A model generated the notes under the pieces. The model saw only the letters and a list, made by a program, of their open reading frames with translations. It made no database searches and was not told the DNA's origin. Positions 37,971-63,754 of a stretch of 64,000 nucleotides of DNA are shown in pieces. How positions within the stretch are numbered: the stretch's first letter is position 1; every line of letters starts with the position of its first letter. The DNA lies in the NCBI RefSeq assembly GCF_009914755.1, contig NC_060939.1, one strand, 5' to 3'. Source of the stretch: the human T2T-CHM13v2.0 reference genome, Homo sapiens. The translations under genes and the position numbers were made by a program.

Positions 37971-39594
37971 TAGCCTACCCCTTTCTAAAGTACATTTGAG
38001 TTTTGCGGTTGGCTTAAGTAGACTTTAGAGTGGTCTTGGTGTGTCTGAAACAGCTGAATATCCTTAATTGACTGCCCTTTGATTAGAAAATTCAAATGTT
38101 TTACAATATTTATCTTAGAAAAAAAAGAAAATTCATATGGTAGCTCCAAACCTAGGCATATGCTTATAGCGAAGTGGAATCTGTGCCTAGATTGATGTAG
38201 AATAAGAATTTCATTCCATGTTCTTAAACCAGTAGCTGTTATGGCTCAAGATAGAGATGGTTTTAGTCATAAATTAAGTCTTTAATTCAATGCATTTTCA
38301 TCAACTAATGGATTAATTTGATTAGTGGAGTTAAAAAACCGGCCTTATACAAATCATAAGTCAGAAGTTTATTTTCCTGTCTTCAGGCACATTTTTACAT
38401 TTTTTTATTATATGCCTGTGCACAAAGTTGAAATAGGTTGATATGACTTCTCTGCACTAATATTTTGCTTCGGCAGAAAGAAAAACTCAGTGTGTGTATA
38501 TAAAGTTAGTGTAAAATTTACTTCAAGTGCAGTCTGATTTTCACCAAACTGGGTTTTTGTCAACTGCATCTTTGACATTTCATAGATTAATCTTTAAAAG
38601 ACAGTAATTTTTAAAGAATTGGTTAAAACTTCTCTGTCTTGGTTTTACTGGTAATGATCTGAAAACCAAAATTTTAGTTTATAGAAAGATGTTTAAGAAA
38701 TTCGGCACCTTTTCATGTAATTTATAGGTTTGGGATAACTAGATTTTTTTTCATATACTTCTTTGCTGCCTTAGTCATATGAAATGCACCTAAGGATGTT
38801 GTGCTCACGTGGAACACATACACACAAAGGATGTTTTGCATACTTATTCACAAAAATAGTTGGTGATTTGTAATAAAACCTTGAAGTTTATGAATTAATA
38901 AGTACAAGCTAGGAGTTTGCATTGTTTGAATTATACATCATTGTAGAGGTATTTTTTTTTTGCCAGTTCTTTAAGCTTTAATATTTTACCTTATTTGTGA
39001 CTTCCGTTTAGTTTTGTTTTGTCAGTCTCTGATAGGTATCGCCTAAGTGTGTTAGTTTTAGAAAACCAATCAACTTCATAGGTAAAAGCTTGAGGCAGCT
39101 TTTGAAAAGAATCACTGTACATTTTATCTGTCTTTTAAAAATAAACTTCACATCAGAGGAGAGATTTTTTGTTGTTGTTGTTCCTGACCTTTCCTGATAT
39201 TAGTGCTTTAGTGTTGGGAAGTGAATTTCTATTTTTATCTCTAGTCGTAATAGGAAACAATAGTAAACCTTTTGAAGTCGTGATTTTAAAAATATCTATT
39301 ATCTGTAGACTAACAGATATTTTAAGCTTTAGAGCTGTATGACCAATCTTGTAAGAAGAGGTAAAATTCAGATTAGGTGCTTTTGCTGCTCATCATTAGC
39401 TCTGATGAAAGGTAAAATACTTTTTAATTATAATGAAGAAGACTAATAAGTGGCTGAATTTGATTAAGATTACTGACCCACTTACACAGGAGTGGTGGTG
39501 ATGTAGCATCTTCCTTTTTGTATAAAAACTGGAAGCTGTAGCTTTAATTTGGCATATGAGTTCGGTTGATTTTAGCAATCAGATTTCGTTTTGG

Positions 39595-42305
<2,711 letters not shown>

Positions 42306-43097
42306 ATCGTATAGTGTTAAATTTATCCCTTTTTTTTTTTTTGGCCTTACTGGTTTTAGATTTTGTGTCTTATCAAAAAACTTTTCTCAGGATTTAGGAA
42401 TAAAAAAATTAAATATTAGAGTCATCTGGAATTTATTTCAGTGTAAGGTCCATTGAGTTCCAGTGATTTGTCATGGCTTCTTTAAACGTGTGTACTAAGA
42501 AGTTAGATAGCTTTTTACTTATTTATGGAACCATGTCTTCTGAACCATATGAAGAACTAATTCTGTACAATTAGCTCTTTGGGATGAAAATGGAACTTTA
42601 CTTATTTAATTTACTCATCACTGGGGAACTTGCTATATAAAGGAATCTTCTGGTAAATTCATAAAGTGTTAGGATGCTTTAAAAATGCATAACCTTCAAA
42701 TTTAACTTTTTAATTTTGTATACTTTTTTAATAATGAATATACTCTTTTGTTTCTTTGTGTGAGATTATAGTATTTATAGTGAATTGTTAGAGGATTAGG
42801 ATATAAGCACCTTAACTAATTAGATTAAAATGAACTTTAAAAAATGATTAGATATTCCAGAGTAAATATTCTTACTGTGATTGAAAGAAAAGCTTAGAAG
42901 CAAAGTCTTAGAAGAATTTAGGAATATTTTGGGGATAACATAATCGTTCTTGTATTTTTGTTCAAGAAATAAATACTCACTTGATTAAAGGGTGTTTTTT
43001 GTTTTTGGTTTTTTTTTGCTTGTTTCTTAGGATGGGAAGGCCATTGTGACTATGTGGTGATTACAGTTGTCTTACTACTGAGTTTCCTACTGAAATC

Positions 43098-44161
43098 ATG
43101 GAGGAGAAACAGCAGATTATATTGGCTAATCAAGATGGTGGAACAGTGGCAGGAGCAGCACCTACCTTCTTTGTCATCTTAAAGCAGCCAGGAAATGGCA
43201 AAACTGATCAAGGAATTTTGGTTACTAATCAGGATGCCTGTGCTTTGGCTAGTAGTGTGTCATCACCAGTAAAATCTAAAGGGAAGATTTGCCTTCCAGC
43301 TGATTGTACTGTGGGTGGAATCACTGTTACCCTCGATAACAATAGTATGTGGAATGAGTTCTATCATCGAAGCACAGAGATGATTCTGACCAAGCAAGGA
43401 AGACGCATGTTTCCTTACTGTCGTTATTGGATAACAGGTTTAGATTCAAATTTGAAGTATATTCTTGTCATGGATATATCTCCTGTGGATAACCATCGTT
43501 ATAAGTGGAATGGTCGTTGGTGGGAACCTAGTGGGAAGGCTGAACCTCATGTTTTGGGGAGGGTTTTCATTCATCCAGAATCTCCTTCCACAGGTCATTA
43601 TTGGATGCATCAACCAGTATCTTTCTATAAACTCAAACTTACCAACAATACACTGGACCAAGAAGGGCATATCATCTTGCACTCTATGCATCGTTACCTG
43701 CCGAGGCTTCATTTGGTGCCTGCAGAAAAGGCTGTGGAGGTGATACAATTAAATGGCCCTGGTGTCCACACTTTTACCTTCCCACAGACTGAATTCTTTG
43801 CAGTAACAGCTTATCAGAACATTCAGATTACTCAGCTGAAAATAGATTACAATCCATTTGCCAAAGGCTTTCGGGATGATGGGCTGAATAATAAGCCCCA
43901 GAGAGATGGAAAACAAAAGAACAGCTCTGACCAAGAAGGGAATAATATTTCCAGTTCTTCTGGTCATCGGGTCCGTCTTACAGAAGGTCAGGGGTCAGAG
44001 ATACAACCAGGTGATTTGGATCCTTTGTCAAGGGGTCATGAAACATCAGGCAAGGGTTTGGAGAAGACTTCCCTTAATATAAAACGAGACTTTCTTGGTT
44101 TCATGGATACTGATTCAGCACTTAGTGAAGTTCCTCAATTGAAGCAAGAGATTTCTGAATG
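43098..44161 (+). CDS. MGA: MGA first coding exon, codons 1-354 plus 2 nt of codon 355; contains the complete T-box domain; CDS continues beyond the window
   Basis: ORF MEEKQQIILANQDGG... with T-box hallmarks (MWNEF, TEMILTKQGRRMFP, YILVMDI, HPESP, KLKLTNN, LHSMHRY.PR, FPQTEFFAVTAYQN, LKIDYNPFAKGFRD). Strong Kozak aatcATGG. Donor AATG|GTAAGT at 44161/44162. The ORF track end (44165) reads into the intron. Confidence 0.98.
43326..43877 (+). other. MGA: T-box DNA-binding domain coding segment (about aa 77-260)
   Basis: Runs from V-T-L-D-N-N-S-M-W to the terminal NPFAKGFRD motif (N252 at 43851). Confidence 0.93.
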
Positions 44162-44414
44162 GTAAGTAGTAGTTTTTCTGTTCTTAGAAATAAAAGGAAG
44201 ATTGAGATGGGCCAGGTGTTGGATTTAACATCTTGGTTCTGTGGAATGCTACAGATGTTGATAAATGTAAGCCACTATAAAATATACTACAACTGCTTTT
44301 ACATTCTGTGAAGTGACATCATTTTTCTGTAATGAGAATCAGTTGGGTTCAGGATCTAGAATTGTAGGCAAATTGGATAACTTATCAGAATTATTCATAT
44401 GTATTTAGAATGTT

Positions 44415-45008
<594 letters not shown>

Positions 45009-45204
45009 GTAAGCAATACTGTTTTAACAAGTAATAATTTTAAGCTTCTTCTTTGGTTGGGCAATTTATGGATTAGGATATCCCTCAGGCAGTAAATTCA
45101 CAAATATTAGATACAAATAACGACTCTGAATCCATTTTGTGCCTTATATAGATAAGTTTTGTTTCCATTATGATTTGGCGTTATTTTTCTTCCCTTCTTC
45201 AATT

Positions 45205-45480
45205 ATAGTAGGCCCACCACATCTACTGGTTCTGCATCCACAGTTATAGCTGGCCAACTAAGGGACTTGAGTATCCTCAGATTTTGGTATCTGGGGAGGG
45301 TCCTGGCACCAGTCCTCCTCAGATACAGAAAGTTGCCTGTAATCATGAGTTGTCTATACAATCAGTATTCCGTGGAGGCTGCAGCTGTGTATTCAACTAA
45401 CCACAAATCCAAAATATTTGGGATGAGATGGGGGGGAGGATTTCACAAAGTTCCAAAAAGCAAAACTTGAATTTGACTAT
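45205..45480. mobile_element. MER2/Tigger2-type fragments
   Basis: gacttgagtatcctcagattttggtatc; acaaagttccaaaaagcaaaacttgaatttg. Confidence 0.7.
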
Positions 45481-45512
45481 TGTGAATGATGCTGTTTTTT
45501 CTTTTTGTTTGA

Positions 45513-46657
<1,145 letters not shown>

Positions 46658-46899
46658 AGGCTTATTTTTTTGTTATAGAAAGCAGCTGTTGGGATTACAT
46701 ATGGTTAAGCCTTTGATTTTAATGGATCAAGAGAGTGGTTCAGATTTATTAACGTATAGTATCTCTGTCACTAAAGGGAGAAAAGCAACTTGAATCATGC
46801 TCCAAGAAATAGCATTATCTTTGTGTGTGAAAATGGTATTTAGCTATATGTAAACTTTTTTTCTAAATGCTTGATACGGGAGCAGAAATTATTTTTAGG

Positions 46900-47032
46900 C
46901 AGGAGTTGGACAAATCTGGCCTATAGCCTATTTTAGTATGTATACAAGAATATGTGACAGAGACCATAGATGCTTGTAAAGCGTAAAATATTTACTATCT
47001 GTTCCTTTACAGGAAAAATTTGCCAACCTCTG
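46900..47032. mobile_element. MER58-like hAT element
   Basis: aaaatatttactatctg..cctttacaggaaaaatttgccaacctctg terminus. Confidence 0.75.
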
Positions 47033-47053
47033 ATTTAAGGGTTTAAAAAATTA

Positions 47054-47094
47054 TATACACATGCGTGTGCACACACACACACACACACACACAC
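47054..47094. repeat. (CA)n / alternating purine-pyrimidine tract
   Basis: tatacacatgcgtgtgc followed by (ac)n. Confidence 0.9.
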
Positions 47095-47408
47095 TATTTT
47101 CCCATTTTCTATTCAGTTACTGATATATGATTGCTCTGTCATTCTTTGTTTTAGCTAATGTTATTGGTAAACACACTGATCTTTATTCAGGCTTTATTTG
47201 CTACATTTGCGGTTGCTTGACCATTTTTCTCCTACTTTAAACTCTTATTTTTGCTTCCTTGGCTTTTACCATACCATTCACGTGGTTCTCCTAACTCTTG
47301 ATTTTTTCCCTTCTTTCAGTTATTCTTACTGACTCCTTATATTATAATATATTCAGATATTTATTACATGAAGGTTATTTCCTAGTATTATGCTCTCGTA
47401 GTCCTTAG

Positions 47409-49020
<1,612 letters not shown>

Positions 49021-49566
49021 CAATAGTGAATATTTTTAAAGCCACTGATGTTTCTAGCTTATTTGTCTCTCTTCTTAGTTCCAGACCTCTAGATCAAAAT
49101 GTTCATTATTATAGAGAATTCCAGCTGAATTTTTCTTTTTACTTTAAATCCTCCCCTTTTTTTTGCATTAGCTATGATAGTCATTCAAATCGGAAACCTC
49201 TGCATTGTTTTTGCCTCCTTACATAAATCTGTTAAGTTATTCTCCTATTGATGTATATTTGGATTGTTTCTAGTTTTTGACTGTTATGAATAAAACTAGT
49301 ACGAACTTTCTTACACGTGTCTTTGGTGGACATACGCACTAGTTTCTTTTTGTTACATGTCTAGGAGGAGAATTGCTGGGTCATACAGTAGGCATACTTT
49401 TAGTAGACACTGCCAGAATTTTCCAAAAGGATCATACCAGCTTATACTTCCACCAAAAATGTATGATGAGACTTCCTGTTACTTCTACATCTTTGTTAGC
49501 ACATGTGGTATTGTCTTTTTTGTTTTTAGCTATTCTGGTTTCACTATCTTTAGAGGCTATTGCTGC

Positions 49567-50657
<1,091 letters not shown>

Positions 50658-51274
50658 TGGTTTGATATATTTAAAACAAGAATTAATTCACAAATGTCAA
50701 TATTAGACAAATATGAACAGTTTTACAAAAATACTGTTCCCACAATCTAGAATCCTGTTTTTTTTTCTCAACATTGTACATTCTATGGCAGGCATTTTTA
50801 AGGGGTGTATTAGTATCTATAAGATGTATTTAATCAGTTCTGTGTTGATGGACCTTGAAATTGTTTTAGTTTTTTTAGCCACTACAAATAATGCTTCAGT
50901 AAAATTTCTTACACACATTTTTTATATACTTTTGCAAATACAGTGATTAATTCTTAGGAATGGAATTGCCTAGATCAAGATTTTAAATTTTAATTAATTG
51001 CTAAATTATATTCTAAAAGGTTATAACCATTTATATCCCTACCCATAGTACATGAGCCTGCTGATTTTTGTATCATCTTTATTGTCCAAAATACCATCCC
51101 CACTGCATAACATCTACCTGGTTTCCCAGCTGCTTTCCCCCCCAAAATCCCATGCTCTATTTGGTAGACAGAAGGATCTTTGAAAAATATGACTTACGGG
51201 GATTATGTTCCCTCTTAAAATTCTTCAGTGGCTTTCCATTGCACTTAAAGGCCACTTGCCTGATCTCTTTGGCC

Positions 51275-54125
<2,851 letters not shown>

Positions 54126-54629
54126 GCATTATGGTTGTAGTTTGTCTTTTTCTAGTGATTAGCAAAGTTGAACACCTTTTTGTATTATTTATTGACCGTT
54201 GGGGTTACTCAGATGATTGTGTACGTGTGTGTATATTCTTGGACACTGTTTTCTTCCCTTGATCAGTTTGTCTACACGTAAGGCCCAAATCACATTGTTT
54301 TAATTGGTATAGCTTTATGATGGTAACTGCCTGACCATGGTCCTACTGTATTCCACCTCTGTGGTAAGGCGTTTTTCTAACTAGTCATTGTTGGTTCTTT
54401 ACTTTGATGCATTTCTTACTCTGTCTCTTGAGTATATTGCTCAGGTTGTTGCAGCATTCTTTCTTCTAGTTTTGCCCTTGTCAGAATTATAATTTTTAAA
54501 AGGAAATTCAATAATGTTACTAATCTACTTAACTTTTCAGAGGTACACAGTTGCCTTACAATTTAAAAAATTAAGTAAAAATAGTACTATTCTGTTTTAA
54601 CCCCCCCTGATGCATTGAATAAGAACCCA

Positions 54630-55323
54630 TAGTTGGTCTCCATAGGTTGAAATGCATGGTCCCCAACAAGACTGCACCTAGTTGAGACATTAACCACAAC
54701 TGGAGATCCTAGGCCACCTGTACTTTTCACCAGTTGGCTACAAATCCTGAGATTCTCACAATCTCTCTCAGGTTCACTAATTCACTAGACTCATAGAACT
54801 CAGGAAAACACTGTATTTAGAATTAGAATTTTGCTGTAAAGAATACAAGTTAGGACCAGCCTAATGAGACGTAAAGAACAAGGTCTGGGAGGGTCTCACA
54901 TGCAGAGCTTCCATGCCCTCTCCCCATGGAAACATATAGGGTACATCACCCTTCTGGGACATCAGTGTGTTCACCAGCCAGGAAGCTTTATTAAGCTTTG
55001 GTATTCAAAATTTTGGGGGTTCATTACATAGGGGTAATTGACAAAATCTGTGATTGAACTTAATCTTCAGTTCTTTTCCCCACCCTAGAGGTTGAGCTGG
55101 CTCAGAGTCCCAGTTCTTTAATCACAGTGTTGTTGTTTTTGGAGACCAGTGCCATCCTGGATCTATTTAGGGGGTCTACTACAGGTCATGTCATTAGCTT
55201 AAACTCAGGTGTGAGCCAGTGGGTTCATGAATGACAGTCCCTTCTGTCACTCTGGAAATACCAAAGATTTTAGAAGCTTTGTACCAGGAACCCTGGACAA
55301 AGACCAGACAAGCTCATTATACA
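54630..55323 (-). mobile_element. MER21-family LTR
   Basis: ggccacctgtactt..ttggctacaaat..agaactcaggaaaacac..gcagagcttccatgccctctccc..gtgttcaccagccaggaagc..ccaggaacc..gacaaagaccagac. Confidence 0.8.
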
Positions 55324-55658
55324 GCAAATACATAATACATAATGTAAAAAGATTAAATAAAACCACTTATGATGAAAAATAGTAGTGACTTGGCTTTACC
55401 ATTTTTCACCCCCTAGTTTTCTTTATAGAGGAAATTAGTTTTTCCATTTTAGCTATTTCTTGTGGTATTTGCCTCTGTCTAGGTCATATGCATAATGCCA
55501 AATAATTATCAATTTTACATGTAATCCATTTAAAATTATTTTCTAGTACAATATATGGGCCGTTTAGTTGTTACTGTTTTTAAATCCTTGTAGTATACTC
55601 TGTTTTTTTTTTTTTTTTAATTCTGTTAGTGTCATTATCATAATTTTTGGTCAACTAA

Positions 55659-58084
<2,426 letters not shown>

Positions 58085-58097
58085 TAAGCACCAGTTT

Positions 58098-58198
58098 TGT
58101 TTTTTTTCCCTTTCCTTTTTTTAAAAAAAATTATTTTTATTTTATTTTAAGTTCCTGGATACATGTGCAGGATGTGCAGGTTAGTTACATACGGCATG
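58098..58198 (-). mobile_element. Severely 5'-truncated L1PA insertion with 14-bp TSD
   Basis: ttttaagttcctggatacatgtgcaggatgtgcagg..gttacata; ctaagcaccagttt at 58084-58097 and 58199-58212. Confidence 0.85.
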
Positions 58199-59916
58199 CT
58201 AAGCACCAGTTTTACGGAAGGCGTTATAATATGGGTTCTTCCTGTGTGCACCCTTATTGCCTATATGTATGTTTATTATAGCATCTGTTAAATTACATCA
58301 TATTGTCTACTTGTCTGTCTCCTGCACTGGCCTGTAAATTCCTTGAATGTAGAGACAGTGCTTTATTTACTTTGTTAATCTCTGTGCCTAACAAAATGTC
58401 TGGCATTACTGGGCACTCAGCAAATGTTAAGTGAATGAGTTTTATCATGAGTATTTAAAACTTTCTTAATGTGTCTTAGAGTGGCTGGTGTTCGTCACAC
58501 ATTAATATGTAGTGTTATTTGTTGCATTGATTACATAATGCCAACAAAAAAAATCCTTTTAATTAACTGTTGTTTGTAATTCATTGATTTTGCCTAGGTA
58601 TTCTTTTGCCTAATTTATTTGGATAGAAGAGACTTCTCAGAAGAATGAAACTTAACTGTTTGTGAAATTTTTTCCCCAAGGCAAGATTTCATTCATCATG
58701 TATAAAGTTTTTGTTGGAAAATAGAAGAAATCCTTTCTGAGAGTGTTTATAACTTACCAAGTTCAATTTCTCAGGAAGATGTGAAAGCAGTTATTGCAGT
58801 AGCAGCCCAGATCTAGCCTCAGAGGTTTCCCAGCTACTGCGAACAAATGCATGTTGTGTGCTAAATGAAAAGAAGATAAAAAATTTTTTTCTACATTATG
58901 AGAGTTATGTCTTGAAATGTGAAGATATCGAGAGAAAAATAGCAAGTTATTTAAGCATTAATCTTAAATTACTTGATATAGAATGTCATTTATATGTGAT
59001 ATACATAAGAACTGAGATAACTGGGAAAGGGAAAAGAGTGGGCTTGATTATGGAAATTGATTGGCTTGTGGCTTTTCTGTAGTTTTTGCTTGCTTAATCT
59101 TTAAAAACAGATAAAGGGAAACTGGATTTTGGTAATGGCTAATAACTATACATTTATTAAAAATTATTGAGTTAACACTTAAAATGTGGGTGGCTTTTAT
59201 ATTATGTAACTTATACAGTAAAGTTTTAAAAAAATTGATAAAGAGAGAGCTGTTTTCACCAGTTAAGTGAAATGTTTGAAAGGGGGAAGTTGTTTTGGTT
59301 TTCACATTTAATTCTGTGATCTGTCTTGAATTATTAATAATTTTTGTACATGCTGTGAAGGGTCAGGGTTCGTATTTTTCCATGCAGATGGCTAGGTGCT
59401 CTAGCATCACTTATTGAAAATAATTTTCTCCATTAAGTTGCATTGTTGCTTAGGAAAATCAGCTGACTATATGCGCACAGGTAGGTTTATTTTATACTAA
59501 ATTCTGTTTCATTGATTTATTTGTCTATGTTTTCTATTATTTTGGGCAATACCGTGCTGTCTTAATGGTAGTAGATTTATAATAAGTCTTAGAATCTGGT
59601 AAGGTAAGCCTTTGAACCCCCCATTATTTTGGTTGTCCTGGGTTCTTTGTATTTCCACATAAATTTTGAGTCAGCTTTTCAGTTTCTGTGAAAAAACCCG
59701 CTGGAATTGCCTTGAATAATAGATCCAGTTGAAAAGACTTGATATCTTGACATCATTGAATATTCTGTTAAACAAGGTATATATCTCTGTTTATTTAGAT
59801 CTTGTTTAGTTTATCTCAACCATAATTCATTCTTTTCAGTCTTTAATTAAACTTATTCCTAGGTGCTTTAAAAAATGATCCTTGTAATTGGCATTTAAAA
59901 TAATTTTCCAGTTTTG

Positions 59917-60740
<824 letters not shown>

Positions 60741-62282
60741 TTTTTTTTTTGAGTGGTCATTCATGTCTCCTGATCTTAGAGAAACTCATTCTGTATTTTT
60801 TATAGCATGTTGGGTGTAGTTTTTGTGTAGTGCTCTTTATCATGTTGAAATACTTTCCTACTGTTACCCATTTTCCTGAATATTGTTAAGAATGAGTGTT
60901 GAATTTCATCAAATGATTTTTCTAAATCCATTGAAATACCATATGTTTTTTCTCCTTTATTTTGTTAATATGGTGAATTAACATTGATTTAGAGGGGAGG
61001 GGTGATCTTACATTCTTGGGCTAAACATTACCTGGCCATGATGATATCATCCTTTTTAATATTACTGGTTTCAATTTGCTAATATTTTATTGAGGATTTT
61101 TGCACCAAATTCATGTGGGATATTTGTTTATAGTTTTATTTCTGATGTGTTAGCAGTAGGGTTATGGTTACCTCATAAAACACGTTGCAAAGTGTTCTGT
61201 TTTCTGTATGTGCTGAGTTTGTGCAAGATTGCTGTTTTTTTTTTCATTATGTATTTGATAGAATTTATCAGTGAAGCCACAGAGTTTTCTTGTTGGCAGA
61301 ATTCAAATCATGACTTCAAGTTCTTTGTTTTTTTCTATTTCATTGATTTTTCTCTCATCATTAACTCCTTTGTTCTACTTGTTTTTGGTTTAATTTGCCT
61401 TAGATTAGGGTTTGGTGGACTAAGACCCATGGATCATATGTGCCTACCGTTGGTTTTTACTTGGCTTGTAAGCTAAGAATGATTTTTAACAGTTTTCAGT
61501 GATTGGGGAAAAAAAATAGTTATTTGTGATGTGAAAATTAAAGTTCAAATTTCAGTGTCCTGTTTTTTGGAAGACAGTCATGCTTGTCTTTTGTATTTGT
61601 ATTTTGTATTTGTATTTATTTTATTTTGTTTATGTATTGTCTGTAGCTTGAGTAGTTGCAGTAGAGACTGTATGGACTGCAAAGCCTAAAATTTTTACTG
61701 TTTAGCCCTTTACAGAAAAAAATGATCAACTCCTGTCTTAGATAATTGATTTTAGACTTTTTCATTTGTATGTATTTTAAACTATTCGTTTGACTCTTGA
61801 GCACTACTTTAGGTACATTCTACACATTTGGTATGTTGATAAGTTTGTTACTGATTTGTAGTTTGATTCCGTTGTTGTCAAAGAACATATGGCTTAAAAC
61901 CTTTGGAAATTATCAAGGGTTTGCTTTATTGTCTAGGGTGTCATCTGTTTCTGATTGATACTTCATGTATACTTGAAAAGGATGTGTGTATTGTACAGTT
62001 GTTGGATATAATATTCTATAAAGGCTTATCAAGTAAGTTTGATTGATAGTGTTATTCAGTTCTTCTGTCCTGATTTTTTTAATGTCAGTTACTGAGAAAG
62101 ATGGGTTAAAATCTCCCACCGTATTTGTGGATTTGTCTGTTTCTCTTTTTGGTACTATAGATTTTTGCTTCAAATACTTTGAAGCTAATATATGATTAGG
62201 TACATATACTTCTAGGGTTGTTTATGTTTTCTTGGTTAATTGAACTCAAAATTTTAATTATGTGCCTCTTTATCTCTGATAA

Positions 62283-62603
<321 letters not shown>

Positions 62604-62946
62604 TGATGTTATTGAGCCATATTGGTTTCCTTCTAATAAGTTTTTGCATGGTTTATCTTTTTCCCTCCTTGTACTTTAATTCTTCTTCCTTGAATTTACA
62701 TTGCGACTCTTTTAAATAGCTGATAGTTGGACTTGTTTCTTTATCCACTGTTTTAACCTTTGGCTTTTAATTGGACTGTTTTGTTCATTTACATTTAATG
62801 CCATTACTTATGTAGCTGAGTTTTAACCATGTCATCTTGCTATTTCCTGCTTCTCTTATCTGTTTATCTTTCCCTGTTTTTGTGTGGATTGAGCTTTTCA
62901 AATTCCATTTATATAAAAATTACCTCTTTGTAAATTTTTAGTGGTT

Positions 62947-63295
62947 GCATTTGTCTACTCAGGCTGCCATAACAAAATATCGTAGATTGGCTGGCTTAAG
63001 CAACAGAAGTTTTATTTTTTTCACAGTTCTGGAGGCTAGAAAGTCCAAGATCAAAGTTCTGGCAGGGTTTGGTTTCTCATGTCTCATCTTGGCTTGTATA
63101 CATATATAGCTGCTTTCTTATTATGTCCACACATGGGGGGAGCGGGGGATGTCTCTCTTCCTCTTCTTATAAGCCCACCATCCTGTTGGATTAGAGTCCT
63201 ACCCTTAAAACCTCTTTTAACCCTAATTTTCTCCTAAAGCCCTGTTTGGGCTTCCACATACAAATTTGGTGGGGGACACAATTCAGTATATAGCA
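62947..63295 (-). mobile_element. MaLR solo LTR (MLT1A-like)
   Basis: ggctgccataacaaaata..tcacagttctggaggctagaaagtccaagatcaa..gggggacacaattcagt..tagca. Confidence 0.85.
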
Positions 63296-63448
63296 GTGTT
63301 ATATGGATTACAATGTGCATCCTTAATTTATTGAATATAATTTGAATAATGAACTGCTAATGCACTTATATTTGATGTCCTTCTATGTGATATAAGCCTC
63401 TAAACCTTGTTACTTTATTTGCTTTAAACAGTCAGTAGTTGGTGTGTA

Positions 63449-63642
63449 CCCTCTCCCTCTCTCTGTGGCTCGCTCTCATCCTCTCTTGCCTTCCCTTACC
63501 CTCTCTCCCTCTTCCTTTCTCTCCCTACCTCTCTCCCTCTCTTCTCCCTCCTCCTTCCTCCCTTCCTTTCTCCCTTTCTCCTTCTCTCCTTTTCTTTCTC
63601 TCTCCCTCTCTTTCTCCTCTTTCCCTCTCTCCTTCTCTCCTT
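63449..63642. repeat. CT-rich low-complexity tract
   Basis: About 190 bp, nearly purine-free. Confidence 0.93.
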
Positions 63643-63754
63643 AAAAATAAAAAAAGTCAGTAGTCATTTAAATAATATAAGAAAAGTCTTTTATATTTAC
63701 GTATTTATTTATTTGTTTTCATCTGTTTCTGGATCTGTGTTTATTTTGGTTCAT

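Larger units (their letters stand above)
43031..44161 (+). other. MGA: MGA exon 2 (1131 nt; 67-nt 5'UTR portion plus CDS)
   Basis: U-rich tract 42994-43028 ending tttcttag|G at 43030/43031; candidate branch point TACTCAC 42974-42980; consensus donor GTAAGT 44162-44167. Confidence 0.95.

Noticed and set aside
43446-43967. Antisense and alternative-frame ORFs over exon 2
   Set aside because: Short shadows of the real CDS with no motif support.
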